Both the position numbers and the translations under genes were made by a program. Below are positions 39,750-53,278 of a stretch of DNA of 64,000 nucleotides, piece after piece (position 1 is the stretch's first letter; each line of letters begins with the position of its first letter). Under the pieces are notes generated by a model. It worked only from the letters and a program-made list of their open reading frames with translations, did no database searches and was not told the DNA's origin. The DNA is taken from contig NC_043011.1 of NCBI RefSeq assembly GCF_006345805.1, positions 21,216,464 to 21,280,463 of the forward strand, given 5' to 3'. This stretch comes from Octopus sinensis (taxonomy: Eukaryota).

Positions 39750-41095
39750 TGTTGAAGAAGATTTTGGGCCATATAACTCCTTAACATAAGAGCACAAACC
39801 CATGACATCATTTCTGTCAGCTGATTCTTCTGCCCCTTTTGCTCTATCATTCCACTATTCCTGTTTAATTTTCCTTAAAGCAATCTGCACTTTCCTTTTC
39901 AGCTTTATGTAAGTTTCATTTGAGTTGGGGTTCAAGGACCGAGAAAGAAGTGTATTGCCTAAGTTTTCTGCTGGTCTACCTGAGAACCAATCAATGAACC
40001 TACGTGATTTAAATCCCACTGACGAGCTTGTAGCCTGAAATACTTTTGCTTTGAAATCTTCTCATAGGTTGTTTGGGTCAAGATTGATACTTTCTATAGC
40101 ATCGTGGAATCTTTGCAAGTTGCTTGATAATTTAAAGTTTGCAACATTTAACTTTTTGGGTACCTTAGGACCAGACTGTCGATCTTTAGGCATTATCGAA
40201 AAGTCTATTTTTCCAAGCGACAGACGATGGTCAGTCCAACTCTCTGCTCTTCTCATGGCCCGAACGCTAGAAACGTCTTTCATATCACATTTTCTGATCA
40301 GAATATAATCTATGAGATGCTAGTGCTTGGATCTTGGGTGCATCCAGGTGGGGTTTTTTTTTCTGCTTAAACAGAGTGTTGGTGACAACCAGATTATTCT
40401 CAGTACAAAGCGTCAAAAGAGCTACTCCATTTTTATTACATTTTCCACTCCCACGTCGACCTAAAACAGGCCATGAAATATAGTCCTTTCCAACTCTTGC
40501 ATTGAACTCTCCCAATATGACCAGCTTGTCAGAAATTGGGACTTTCCTCAATAATTCTGCTAGATCATCATAAAACTGTCCTACACTTTTATCAGAATGG
40601 CACATTGTTGATGCATAAATACTGACAATGGTAAGAAACCTACATTTTGTCAGTTTAATAGTTTAATACGGTATGGCATGATCCGTTCAGATATACCACT
40701 TGGAAGCTCTGTAATGGAGGATACTAATTCATTCTTGAGAGCAAACCCAACACCAGTTCTCTATGCTGATCCTTAGGTAGGCCTCTCCAAACGATAGTAT
40801 ATCCATAAATAGGTTCATTTACTTGACCCTCACCAGAGAGACAAGTTTCAGAGAGTACAACTATATCAAGGGAATATTTCTTAAGCTCAGATGTCAGGTC
40901 GCTCATGAGTGCTACTGGTAACGTGTAATCCAGTACAGCCTGTCGGATGGTCGGGTCGTCGGCGACTAAATTGGCAACCCCCACCAGGCTTACTTGGTGA
41001 GGAGGGTGTTGTTAAACACTCTGCGGGATGAAAAATAAGACCCGTCAAAGGGCGGAGGAACTCCTGAACACTCAACGGCCATCCAACAAAATACC
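39750..41095 (-). mobile_element. RTE (BovB-like) LINE 5' portion: 5' UTR + apurinic endonuclease domain, 3'-truncated
   Basis: ELKKYSLDIVVLSET, DKLVILGEFNARVG, GKCNKNGVALLTLCTENNLVVTNTLF, WTDHRL, YGP. Confidence 0.88.
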
Positions 41096-41220
41096 TGTAA
41101 ATATGTATATATATTTTTATATACATATATATGTACACACACACACACACACACACGTATACACACATATATGTATATATATATATATACATATATATAT
41201 ATACATATATATATATACTT

Positions 41221-41461
<241 letters not shown>

Positions 41462-41917
41462 TATAAGTATATAAATGGACGTATGCATTAAGCATTTCAT
41501 TTAGTTTATTCATATCATCAACGTCCCTACCATATGCAAGTGCTTTATATTTTCTGATGATGCATACATATTTCGTAGTTCTAACAACTAGAAGAGAGCG
41601 ATGGCGGGTCAGAATATGCGTACCATTAACATACTACATGAAGTGTTGCGTATAGTTTACCTAAATGGCATGTGCGTATATTACTGAAGTTCATGTAAGA
41701 AGTAATTTGTGGACATTATTTTTGGCATGAGTGGAAGTCGCATTGTTGTATACACACTGAGTTAAGATGCCTGGTAGATTAATGATAAGTCAGATTTATT
41801 TGTATAGCATTAAGTAATTTCTAAACTAAAGCTGTTTCTTGTAAGTATCAGCAAATACACTACCATCAAAAAGCAACTCTTTTAAGGACCATTTAATCTG
41901 AATATATATATATCTAC

Positions 41918-42316
41918 AGGCGCAGGAGTGGCTGTGTGGTAAGTAGCTTGTTTACCAACCTCATGGTTCCGGGTTCAGTCCCACTGCGTGGCACCTTGGG
42001 CAAGTGTCTTCTACTATAGCCTTGGGCCGACCAAAGCCTTGTGAGTGGATTTGGTAGACGGAAACTGAAAGAAGCCCGTCGTATATATGTATATATATAT
42101 ATTTGTGTGTATGTTTGTGTGTCTGTGTTTGTCCCCCTAGCATTGCTTGACAACCGATGCTGGTGTGTTTATGTCCCCGTTACTTAGCGGTTCGGCAAAA
42201 GAGACCGATAGAATAAGTACTGGGCTTACAAATAATAAGTCCCGGGGTCGAGTTGCTCGACTAAAGGCGGTGCTCCAGCATGGCCGCAGTCAAATGACTG
42301 AAACAAGTAAAAGAGT
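41918..42316 (+). mobile_element. SINE family A, full length
   Basis: tRNA-like head with A/B boxes, CORE-like CCTTGGGCAAGTGTC, internal (TA)/(TG), tail ..ATGACTGAAACAAGTAAAAGA. Confidence 0.88.
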
Positions 42317-42899
42317 ATATGTACAAAGCTGGAAATTAAAGGGAAATTCGCGCCGATTACGTCTGTCATTTGTCCTTTGCTTCTGATGGCAGATAGATAG
42401 ATAGATAGATAGACAGACAGATAGACAGATAGATAGATAGATAGGGCATCAGACTTTCAAGGCTAATCCTAGTGGTAATTTGAGGGTCGAGGGTTCACGT
42501 ACCTCTGCAGGCGTGTGTAAACTTTAACGGTGGTTCTCTCATCATGGCCGCAGCTCTCGAATTAAAACTAACAAAGAAAATAAAACACACACAGACGACG
42601 AGTTTTTCAGCTTCTATCTACTAAATTCACTAAGAAGGCTTTGGTCGGTCCCAAGTTGTAGTAGAAGACATGTGTCTAAGGTACCACGCAGTGGAACTGA
42701 AACTGAAACCATGTGGTTGAGAAGTAAACTTCTTACAACACAGCCACGCCAGCGCCTATCGATTATCAATTTAAAAAAGAAAATAGTCATAATCAACCAG
42801 TCGCGTGCTCAAAAGTAAATGCTAAGGCTTTATAACATCCGGGCTATCACGTCTGGCCCATGACATCCAATGGCCAAATGAAATGTGACGCCAAATAAC

Positions 42900-43389
42900 A
42901 CAAGGCAGAAATAAACGTTAGCACGCCGGGCGAAATGCTTAGCGATATTTCGTCTGCTGTTACGTTCTGAGTTCAAATTCCGCCGAGGTCGACTTTGCTT
43001 TTCATCCTTTGGGGGTCGATAAATTAAGTACCAGTTACGCACTGTGGTAGATGTAATCGACTTAATCCCTTTGTCTGTCCTTGTTTGTCCTCTCTGTGTT
43101 TATCCCCTTGTGGGTAGTAAAGAAATAGGTAGTTCGTCTGCCGCTACGATCTAAGTTCAAATTCCATCAAGGTCGACTTTGCCTTTCATCCTTCCGAGGC
43201 CGATGTAATAAGTACCAGTTACGCACTGTGGTAGATGTAATCGACTTAATCCCTTTGTCTGTATTTGTTCGATGGTGCATACTTAAAGTTTCATATCGTA
43301 CTCTATAATCCTGCACATCGTTGAATTTGTCTTTCTCTCTCTTTTACTCTCCGTCTTCCTTTCTCTCCCGCCGTTTCTCTCTCTCCCGA

Positions 43390-43456
<67 letters not shown>

Positions 43457-43500
43457 ATTTTTCTTCCTGACTATCTGTCTATCTGTCATTCTGTATGTCC

Positions 43501-43584
<84 letters not shown>

Positions 43585-43869
43585 GTGCAGCCCTGTGTGG
43601 CTAATAAAGAAACATATCTATCTATCTATCTTATTTCTTTATTACCCACAAGGGGCTAAACATAGAGAGACGTAACGACAGACGAAATACCAATTTCTTT
43701 CCTACCCACAAGGGGATAAACACAGAGAGGACAAACAAGGACAGACAAACGAATTAAGTTGATTACATCGACCCCAGTGCGTAACTGGTACCTAATTTAT
43801 CGACCCCGAAAGGATGAAAAGCAAAGTCGACCTCGGCGGAATTTGAACTCAGAACGTAACAGCAGACGT

Positions 43870-43870
<1 letters not shown>
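42900..43870. mobile_element. Family B SINE copies (42900-43262 plus, 43630-43870 minus) around (ATCT)n arrays
   Basis: Family B consensus motifs on both strands. Confidence 0.8.
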
Positions 43871-43948
<78 letters not shown>

Positions 43949-44085
43949 CTCTGTCTATCTATCTATCTAGCTAGCTATCTTTCTATCTATATTCTGTATT
44001 TTAATGTTTCTTGTTTAGAACCCTTTCTAGTAGTTAACATCTTACCTTGAATTATTATTGCAGCGAAAGATTCTTATAGATTTTC

Positions 44086-44212
44086 TCACAGATACATTTG
44101 TCCAACAAAACTGGAGTTGGGGATGGACATCGGAGGACCAATGTTATTCTTCTTGGCATTAATACTGCTGAATGTGTAGTAGAAGTCATTTCCCAGGATA
44201 CAGGCCTGATAG
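44086..44212 (-). CDS. Candidate terminal coding exon of a host gene (hemopexin-blade-like)
   Basis: (S)YQACILGNDFYYTFSSINAKKNNIGPPMSIPNSSFVGQMYL*; AG acceptors at 44213/44206; ATTAAA ~80 nt after the stop; non-repetitive composition. Confidence 0.4.
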
Positions 44213-45565
44213 CTTTGTAGACGACATATATTGAGAAATTACTGATTCAAGTCCAATGACTCATAAAGCTGGTTAATCAGTTTCCATGGCGTATTAGCGA
44301 CCGAGATCACAATATTCCACCTGAAAGGGATGCCTATCCGTTGCAGGTTTGCAGCTGAGTGGATTGGGGCATTCGTGAAATGAAGTGTTTTACTGAAGAA
44401 CACAACGCACGTCTGGTCCGGAAATGCCTGCTCTGGGCATCGAAATCAGCATCTTGTGATCGTGTGCGCAACACCATAACCACAAGGCCACGAGCTTCAC
44501 ATTGTTGGACATAGGGATTCAAAATTTTTATTTATTTATTTCATTTTTTGTCTTTGGTCAGCAAGTGTTATTTCCTATTTGCTTTTATCTAGAAATCAAG
44601 GGAAAATACTACTATTTCCTTCTAACTTTGCTTTTTTTAAACTGACTTATTTTCTATTACATTTCAGACAGATTCAGCATTGAGTTGCTTAGGCAGAAAT
44701 ATCATTATAGCAAATATTTTGCTCAATAGAAGAGATTTGTTTGTCAATTGTTTGGCCTTAACCACTTGAGCATGTCCTTTAGTGGCTGACAACTGTGTGC
44801 ATCTCTGACCATGAGCAGGAGTAGTGGGAGAGCATCATAGCCACGTGTTGAGGATGATTCTTTGGGGTTTCCCTAACTGCAACAAAAACAAAATTTGAGG
44901 GAAATAGTCATTTTTCATACTTTATGAGGATAAGCAAATAGGAAATAAAAATTGCTACCCAAGGACAAAAATTATGTTATACATTATTAATCCCAAAACA
45001 GACACTATATCAGACACTGAATATTTACTAGGGACCATGTAAGATATTTGACAGAATATTTCTTTTACATTATTGAGTTGAACATATTAGCATCATTCGG
45101 TTGCACACACACACACACACGATCCATTACATGCAACAGAAGCAGTATTATATTAAAATAGTATTCTCACCAGCTATTGCTAGGACCATTTTAGTCAACA
45201 TCCGATATATATATATATATTGTGTGCTTAAACACAGCACAGATATTGTCTCAGGACGTATACCGCAGTAAATTTACCTATCACGATGTTTTAACATTAA
45301 GTATGATAAGTAAATGTTTAGAGAGAGAGAGAGACTTCAGGTCTCTCACTGAACATTATTAGTTTTCTTTACTGCAAATATTTTACACAAGACAAGTAAC
45401 ACTGCTCAACTGAATCGCATCATTCAAATCAATTTTCTTGGTGATGAAGAAGAGAGATCCGAGAACAGAAGTCTCTGGGGGCAATCTGCCTACATATTAA
45501 ATTGCAATTGTTTGATTCCTGTTTTACAAGAAACACACTTAGTTTTCCTGAGATGACAAGATTTT

Positions 45566-47025
45566 TCAGTTCGTTCGTGAAATCCGGCGGTCAACTTTGC
45601 CGACATCTTTGATACGATTTAGGTAAACAGCGGACAAAATTTGTACTCGGAAACAAAGAACGGTATTCTCGAAAAGCCAAAGTATTTGTACTAAACAACC
45701 TTGTCCAATATGCGAGCTATAATAAGTGTTATTAAAGGAAGAACTACTTTCTACAATAGAGGTAGAAAATACGTTACGGTAGACGTTCGTTTTGAAAATG
45801 AAGACGAAGCGAAGAGGAACGCCACGACAGTATTGAGATCGGAAAAATGGGTTTTACTTCCTAGTTATTGTGGAAAAAGAGCAGTGAGAATACGGATAAG
45901 CAAAATCCCACCGGAACTTGATACCGAAAGAATAGTAGCTGCAATAATCTACAACTGCAAAGAGAGCGTCGACATACTTAAGGTGGAAAAGTCGAAAGAA
46001 ATAAACTGGTGGGGTTATGCGGTGCAGGCTTCGGTCCACATAACCATGCCAGATTTGTATAACATCCCGGAGGATTTGGTGTTCCCCGACGAGACACGAC
46101 TGAGAGTCGTGGTGGAGGGGAGACCTCCAGTGTGTTATAAATGTAAGAGCAGAGGGCACATGAAGGATGTGTGTCCTCTAAGAGAAATACAAGAGAAGAG
46201 GATAACACTGGAGGAAGGAATGGGAGCTTTGACAGAGGAGTTAGAAAAGGAGAATGTGGAATTGCAAGGGGAAAAGGAAATCGTGACAACAGATAATGTG
46301 GAAAGTGGCGACGAGTTAGTGAAGGAGAAAGAAAAGGAAAGAACAGAAGAAAAAGAGGATAGAAAGCGAACACGGGTGGAATCACCACCCAAAGACCAAA
46401 AAAGAAGAAAACTAAAAAGAAGTCTGCCGACGAGACAGAGGATCGAACGATTGAAGGGAGAGATACTGCAACTAAAGTGAATAAAGGTTCAACGTGGGAT
46501 GAAACGAATAAATGGTCAACAAAAGAGGAAGAATGTCTGAAAACATGCAAGAAAGGAGGAAGACCGAAAGGAAAAAATCTCAAAAGCTGTAATGTTGTAC
46601 AAAAAGGATAAAGAAATTGAGAAAAAATTAGCGATAATGAAAAATCTAACGAGAGTGAAATTGAAACCGAAGATATACGATAACCAAATAAAGGCTGCAA
46701 TTGTGGATAAAGAGACGGTAAATAGATTAATAAATGTGTTTTCAAATACAGCTGTGTACATAGCGCACTACGTTCGATATGACAGTTTGCCCGGCGTTAT
46801 AGAACAGGATGAATTACTCGTTTACATTACTGAAGAACACCCCAGATAGAATAACTGTAATTGTAAATGAAACTGCGAGCTTTGGGGGGCTCGTAAGCAA
46901 TTTCATTTAATTCATTATTAATATTTCATTTCATATCATCCTTTCTGTATTTTTGTTATATGTACCCCATGTCCGGTATTGTATTGTTATGTCCCCTCTT
47001 CATTCGGGCCATTGTGCCTATAATA
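45566..47025 (+). mobile_element. ORF1-only (HAL1-like) non-LTR element
   Basis: Gag-like ORF, no endonuclease/RT; ends at AATAAA; possible 8-bp TSD AAGATTTT (45558-45565 / 47026-47033). Confidence 0.65.
45710..46480 (+). CDS. LINE ORF1-like protein (RRM-like region, CCHC zinc knuckle, charged tail)
   Basis: ORF track 259 aa; CYKCKSRGHMKDVC fits CX2CX4HX4C, preceded by LRVVVEGRPPV as in L1/Tx1-type ORF1s; probable frameshifted continuation to 46849. Confidence 0.8.
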   Translation: MRAIISVIKGRTTFYNRGRKYVTVDVRFENEDEAKRNATTVLRSEKWVLLPSYCGKRAVRIRISKIPPELDTERIVAAIIYNCKESVDILKVEKSKEINWWGYAVQASVHITMPDLYNIPEDLVFPDETRLRVVVEGRPPVCYKCKSRGHMKDVCPLREIQEKRITLEEGMGALTEELEKENVELQGEKEIVTTDNVESGDELVKEKEKERTEEKEDRKRTRVESPPKDQKRRKLKRSLPTRQRIERLKGEILQLK

Positions 47026-47259
47026 AAGATTTTAAGAAGTGATTATATTCTATAGACTATTTTATTGTGTATGTTAGAATTTGAACAAATCTTGATTACA
47101 TAATTAGCAAAATGATTTTTATGTGAAAAACATTGAACAATTTTTGTAGTCTTCAAAACCACACAAAAGATCAAATTTCTTTAAAAAAAAAAACTCATCG
47201 GAAGCCTTTTCACAATGCTACAATTATGATTTTAATATCTATCTATCTATCTACATATC

Positions 47260-47332
<73 letters not shown>

Positions 47333-47439
47333 CCTATCTATCTATCAATCTGTCTGTATCAATGTTTGTAAGTATGTATTAATATATTATATCATATTAA
47401 ATATATTATATTATATTATATTATATTATATTATGAGCA

Positions 47440-47795
47440 AAACGCCCCCATCCAATGGACGGTGCTGAGTTGTCAAACATTTAAACCAAATTTTCTCAAA
47501 ACAAGTTGTCCGACCGTCCCATAGGCCTTCCCTTTGAGAAACACTGATTTAACCTAAATTTGAGACACCAACAAAAGAAGGAATAAAGATTTTTTTTTAT
47601 TCCAAAGAAAACGATTTTATTCACGTTATCGATCGCATTCTCACCTGGAATCGATTTTTGTAATTTTTTCAAGATTTATACACGCCCTGATACCGTCGGT
47701 ATTTAGATATCAAATTTGAGCGCAATTGGATGGAGGATGCCCGAGGTCCTAGAAGACACAGAGACACAGAGACAGAACGGATTTTATATAATAGA
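47440..47795 (-). mobile_element. Non-autonomous Helitron-like fragment
   Basis: A|TCTATTATATAAAA 5' end followed by (CTGTGTCT)n, similar to 8162; 3' CTAG not seen. Confidence 0.5.
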
Positions 47796-47836
47796 TATTA
47801 TATTATATTATATTTTATATATATATATTCATAGAG

Positions 47837-47892
<56 letters not shown>

Positions 47893-48365
47893 TTACACCC
47901 ACACACTCAAACATTAAACGAACAAGATCAAGAGATGGTGTGTATATATATATACATACGTATGTGTGCATACGTATATCCGTGTGTGACTCTGTGTGTG
48001 TGTGTGTGCGCGCGCGCGCGCGCGTGTGTGTGTGGTGTGTGTGTGTGTGTGTGTGTTAGTGTGTGTGTTTATCAGCGAGTATCTCGTGCCCCGAGTTTAC
48101 GTCATTTGAATCTTCAAGAGATGTGGTGTGATACTATACGTACCTTGAATTATATGCTTTTAATTTTTACTGCATGTTTTAGCTTAAGCACCAGCAGTAA
48201 CCCCTGACATAAGAATATATATATCGATATATATATATAAATGCTATTGATTACAGCGAGATGTCGGTACTGCTCATACATATGAGTAATCGTTGCTCTG
48301 TCATTCTATCGAGTTCTGTTACAAGTAATAGCACCTTGCACATGGAACTGAGACAAACGGCTATT

Positions 48366-48398
<33 letters not shown>

Positions 48399-48414
48399 TA
48401 CATACTTGCACACA

Positions 48415-49186
48415 TATATTCTTTTACTTGTTTCAGTCCTTTTAGTGCAGCCACTCTGGAGCACCGTCTTGTTGGGTTTTAGTCAAATCGACCCCAGGGC
48501 TTATTTTTTTTTTATAAAACCTAGTTGTCAAGTAGCGATAGGATGGAACAAACATTGACACAAAGCCACACACACACACACATATATATAAACATATATA
48601 TATATATATACATATACGACGGGTTTCTTTCTGTTTCTGTCTACCAAATCCACTCACAAGGCCATGGTTTACCCAAGGCTATAGTAGAAGACACTTGCCC
48701 AAGATACCATGCAGTGAGACTGAACCCGGACCCATGTGGCTGGGAAGCATGCTTCTTATTACACAGCTTCGCCCACGCCTGTATTAAATATACATATTCC
48801 TTTACTTGTTTCAGTCATTTGACTGTGGCCATGCTGGAGCACCATCTTTAATCGAACAAATCGACCACAGGACTTATTCTTTGTAAGCCCAGTACTTATT
48901 CTATCGGTCTCTTGTGCTGCACCGCTAAGTTACGGGGAACGTAAGCACACCAGCATCGGTTGTCAAGCGACGGAGGTGAGGTGCCAAACACAGACACATA
49001 AACACACACACACACACACACACAACACACACATACACATATACACATATATATACGACGGGCTTCTTTCAGTTTCCGTCTACCAAATCCACTCACAAGG
49101 ATTTGGTCGGCCTGTGGCTATATTAGAAAACACTTGCCCAAAAACCATGTGGTTAGTAAGCAAGCTACTTACCACACAGCCACTAT
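48415..49186 (-). mobile_element. Two tandem family A SINEs
   Basis: Two consecutive reverse-complement copies (48415-48782, 48795-49186), each with an internal CA/TA microsatellite. Confidence 0.85.
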
Positions 49187-49453
49187 AGTATTTGTACATA
49201 TAAATTTATTTTTATTTAAATATAGTGTATAATGAATGTACACACACACACTCACACATATCTACATATCTACATATGTGTCTGTGTGCAGATAAATACG
49301 TTAGTATATTTATATTCATAAAGACGCGGTGGCTAATGGAATTGTCAGGTTGAGAATTAATTTGGCTGTTACTTTTCGGTTTGTGGAATATGTGTGCATA
49401 TGTATCCGGATGTATGTATAGTAATTTCTGTTTGCAGGCATGTGTGTACATGT

Positions 49454-49490
<37 letters not shown>

Positions 49491-49699
49491 TGAGTATGTA
49501 TGTTCGTGCGGGTTATACATGGTTGTTAGTCTGTCAAAATTCAGTTTAAAATGTTTTCTTTCTGTTGCATGCAGAGTAAAAATGCTTAGATAAAAGTAAA
49601 ATTCGGTCAAAATATTTAAACTACAGGCGTAAGCATATTTCTCTTTAGTTGCTATGCATATGTATGAATATACACGAAGTATATACATACATAAAGTAG

Positions 49700-49940
49700 A
49701 GGTACGTGGCTTAACGTGCAGCGTGTTGGACTCATAATCGTAAGATTGTTGTTTCGATTCCTGGACCGGCTGATGTGTTCTCGAGCAAAACACTTCATTT
49801 CACGTTGCAAAAGTTCACTCAGCTGGCAAAAGTGAGTTATCCTGCGACGGACCGGCGACATGTCCAGTGGGGGAATATATGCGCCACGGAAACCGGGAAA
49901 CCGGTGGTATGAGTCTATATGACTTGAGAAGGACCTTTAT
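49700..49940 (+). mobile_element. SINE family C
   Basis: tRNA-like head, TGTGTTCTCGAGCAAAACACTT, V-like CCTGCGACGGACCGGCGACATGTCCAG; same body as 10905-11460. Confidence 0.75.
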
Positions 49941-50290
49941 CCCTTATGCATATATACATGCATATATTTTAACGGTCTTCGTGAGTTAATGAATATGACT
50001 AAGTCTTGTCTTCCACACTACGATCGATATATGTATGTGTATATATATATATGTAAAAAAATACAAACTGGGACAAGAACGCAAAACATTTAGAAGATGA
50101 TACAAAAAACACGGAAGCCTTCAATCTTCAGTCAAGAACCGGATCATCCTCGCAATTTCGGCTGATTATTCTTGAGATTGCTTCGATCTGGCCAGCTCCC
50201 AAGGAAAATCTAAGCCAAGCGCATTAGATTCCTTGGAAGAAAGCCTCGAATGTATACAAATCAAGGACGGAAAAACGGACGATGTTACAC

Positions 50291-50342
<52 letters not shown>

Positions 50343-50354
50343 CACACACACAAC

Positions 50355-50755
50355 CTGCTTACCAACCTCATGGTTCCGGTTTCAGTCCCTCTGCGTGGTA
50401 CCTTGGGCAAGTGTCTTCTACTATAGCCTCGGGCCGGCCAAAGCATTGTGAGTGGATTTGGTAGACGGAAACTGAAAGTAGCCCGTCGTATATATGTATA
50501 TATATATATATATATGTATGTGTATGTGTGTGTTTATGTGTTTGTGTTTGTCCCCCCCCCCAACATCGCTTGACAACCAATGGTGGTGTGTTTACGTCCC
50601 CGTAACTTAGCGGTTCGGCAAAAGAGACCGATAGAATAAGTACTAGGCTTACATAGAATAAGTCCTGAGGTGGATGTGCTCGACTAAAGGCGGTGCTCCA
50701 GCATGGCCACAGTCAAATGACTGAAACAAGTAAAAGAATAAAAAGAGTAAAGAGT
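50355..50755 (+). mobile_element. SINE family A, 5'-truncated
   Basis: Matches family A body and tail. Confidence 0.85.
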
Positions 50756-51115
50756 AATTTGACACATGAATTGATTTGACGCCAGGTATTAAGAAAATGT
50801 GGAATGTGTGGGTGAGCAGAAAAGTTCATTCGTATAATTGACTTCCTATATGTTGGTGAGAGAGAGATCATTGATATTAGATGCTCCTCGTTGGTTTTTA
50901 TCTATTTATTCATTGTGTTGTTTTGCAGCAATTTTATATGTAGCTATTTCCATATCACTGCCACAAGGCTAGATATTTTTAAGAAGAAAAAAATCTTTAC
51001 TGGTTTATTTATTTTCACTATCACGAACTGATTTTTTTTATTTATTTATTTTATTTCATTCATTTTGTGAAGTATAACGTCGTTGGTTCCAGGCTTCCGA
51101 TGAATCAATTCTTAC

Positions 51116-51142
51116 CTCACAGCGAGAGGGTCAAGCGAGTAT
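51116..51142 (-). CDS. Candidate 27-nt microexon (YSLDPLAV)
   Basis: Strong acceptor TTTGTCTTGTCTGAATTTCACAG and donor GAG|GTAAGA; only one frame is open, and it is phase-compatible with the 44212 acceptor. Confidence 0.25.
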
Positions 51143-51572
51143 CTGTGAAATTCAGACAAGACAAATATGGTGAAAGATATTTTCGATTCGACAGTACCGG
51201 TTTATTGATTTTCTCACCGATGTATATTGACGAAGGATACACACATATACATACATATACATACATATACATTATACACACATATATGTATATACGTGTG
51301 TGTATATATGAGCATGAGTGTGTGAGTGCGTAAATAATATTAAAATTGTCTCTCTGTGTGTACTGCAATTCTAGCGAGAAATTTACCTTGCGGCGATAAA
51401 CTTTTTCAATTAAAGTACACTTAAGCGCAAATGCTTTCTTCTAAAATAACTTCCAGTTCGTTTCTTGTTTCAGGAACCGTGAAAACAGAAGATGTTAATT
51501 ATTGTCTCAATACAGAACGGTAATTCAGTCATTTTCAGTAGAAGATAAAATGGAGACTTTTCATGGCATAAA

Positions 51573-51642
<70 letters not shown>

Positions 51643-51663
51643 TCACACACACATACACACACA

Positions 51664-51701
<38 letters not shown>

Positions 51702-52381
51702 ATTCACTCGACCACTAGCGAACACTGGGAGATATATCATTAAAGAAAGTTAAATCGCGTATTTTGAGCTGTGTTCTGTCCTTGAGACAGCACACACTCA
51801 TGCACATACATATAAAGATAGATAGATAGATACAAACATGCGGACATATATATACATACATACATACATACATACATACATACATACATACATACATACA
51901 TACATACATACATACATACATTCATACATACATGTATGTATGTATGCATGTATGTATGTATTTTTCTTTCCGGAAGATTTTCAGATAAACAGTCGTATTT
52001 TTTTCTCATTATTCGCAATGGCTTTCTTGAAAGATAAATTAGCGCTTCTTCGTATTCAAGACCCTATAAAAGTGAAAACATTTTGCCTTGTCTGAAGTAA
52101 GGTGTTCTGAGTTCAAAAAAATTGAAACCGATTTTCCTTTGCCAAACAAGCATTTTCATGGATTCATATTTTAATGTTAGCCATGTTATATACGCAGTAG
52201 CACATGAGGCAATTGCTTACCCACTAAATAGTTTCCTTGGGAACATGTAATCGCAATGACAATTCGCTTCCTACACCTCCTTAGCTATAAGCTGCAGTGA
52301 TGGTTTCTAAAATAAAAAAAGTGATGTTTTTTTATGTAATGAAACTATTAGGAGATAAAAATACCATTATGACATTGATAT

Positions 52382-52914
52382 TACCGTAAATCCTCGAGTA
52401 TAATCCGCTCTCCTATCCCAAAATTTAAAGGTCAAAATGCCTAGTGCGTACTATATGCGAGGTTAAAAATGAAAAATATTTTCTAAGCAATGATCGAGTC
52501 TCTATTTGGTGTCCGGCAATGTTTTATTCAGACGCATTTTGGGATGTCGGGCGCAAAAATACCTTAAGCTAAGCCTGAAAGCAATGAAGTCATAAAAAAA
52601 TCATCCATAACTTGCAGTAAACAACATTTATTAAAATAAAAGTACTCAGAACACAGAATAACATGTAAAAAAAAAAAAAACAATTTGCAAACATATTTGC
52701 GTTCCCATATAAAATTTATGAACATCACCATTATTGTATTACACATGCGCGGAAGTGTTTGCTCGACTAGGTGTTGCTGTCTTAATTACGCGCGACTCAA
52801 GTTAGAGAAGGGGTGCGCATTACACATAAGGTTTAGGTTTTTCAGAAGTACAGCCCCCTAAAAGTCCCCTGCGTATTATACTCAAGGACGGACTATACTT
52901 GAAGATTTACAGTA
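52382..52914. mobile_element. TA-flanked MITE (pogo/Tigger-like ends)
   Basis: TA-CCGTAAATCCTCGAGTATA / TATACTTGAAGATTTACAG-TA. Confidence 0.75.
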
Positions 52915-53278
52915 TTAAAGCGGATTGAACCAGATATTTTACTTATATTTCTAATTAATGTGGGAAAACCATGGCCATTAACAACTCGTATATCGAATAT
53001 TAATAAAAATAAGAACGATTAGTAGTAAATCCACAAGATATTCTTCTTTGCAAAATATGACCATCTTCATCGCATTTGACTTTGGTTTTGCAAGGTGATA
53101 ATGTAAAGCTCAGTGAAACTCCAATGAAAATGCCTTAGATCTCGGTTAGAAACCGGCTCTTTCTCTAGTGGTAAGAAATCTTGAAATAAAACTCAATAAT
53201 TACATACATACATACATGCACACATGCACACACATATATATGTATGTATATATACACAAATACACACATATATACATA

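Noticed and set aside
40019-40050. CTGACGAGCTTGTAGCCTGAAAT as an HHR
   Set aside because: Stems I-III do not pair; it lies antisense within RTE coding sequence
50060-50290. Another PLE pLTR with an HHR
   Set aside because: TA-flanked with a hairpin (CCAAGG..AATCTAA/TTAGATT..CCTTGG) and a GCCGAAA motif, but no recognisable CUGANGA core; cannot be supported
51093-51519. Plus-strand exon pair (..RVKRVSVKFRQDKYG|TVKTEDVNYCLNTE)
   Set aside because: Phase-compatible, but the first donor (GTGAAA) is weak and overlaps a stronger minus-strand microexon signal; no recognisable family
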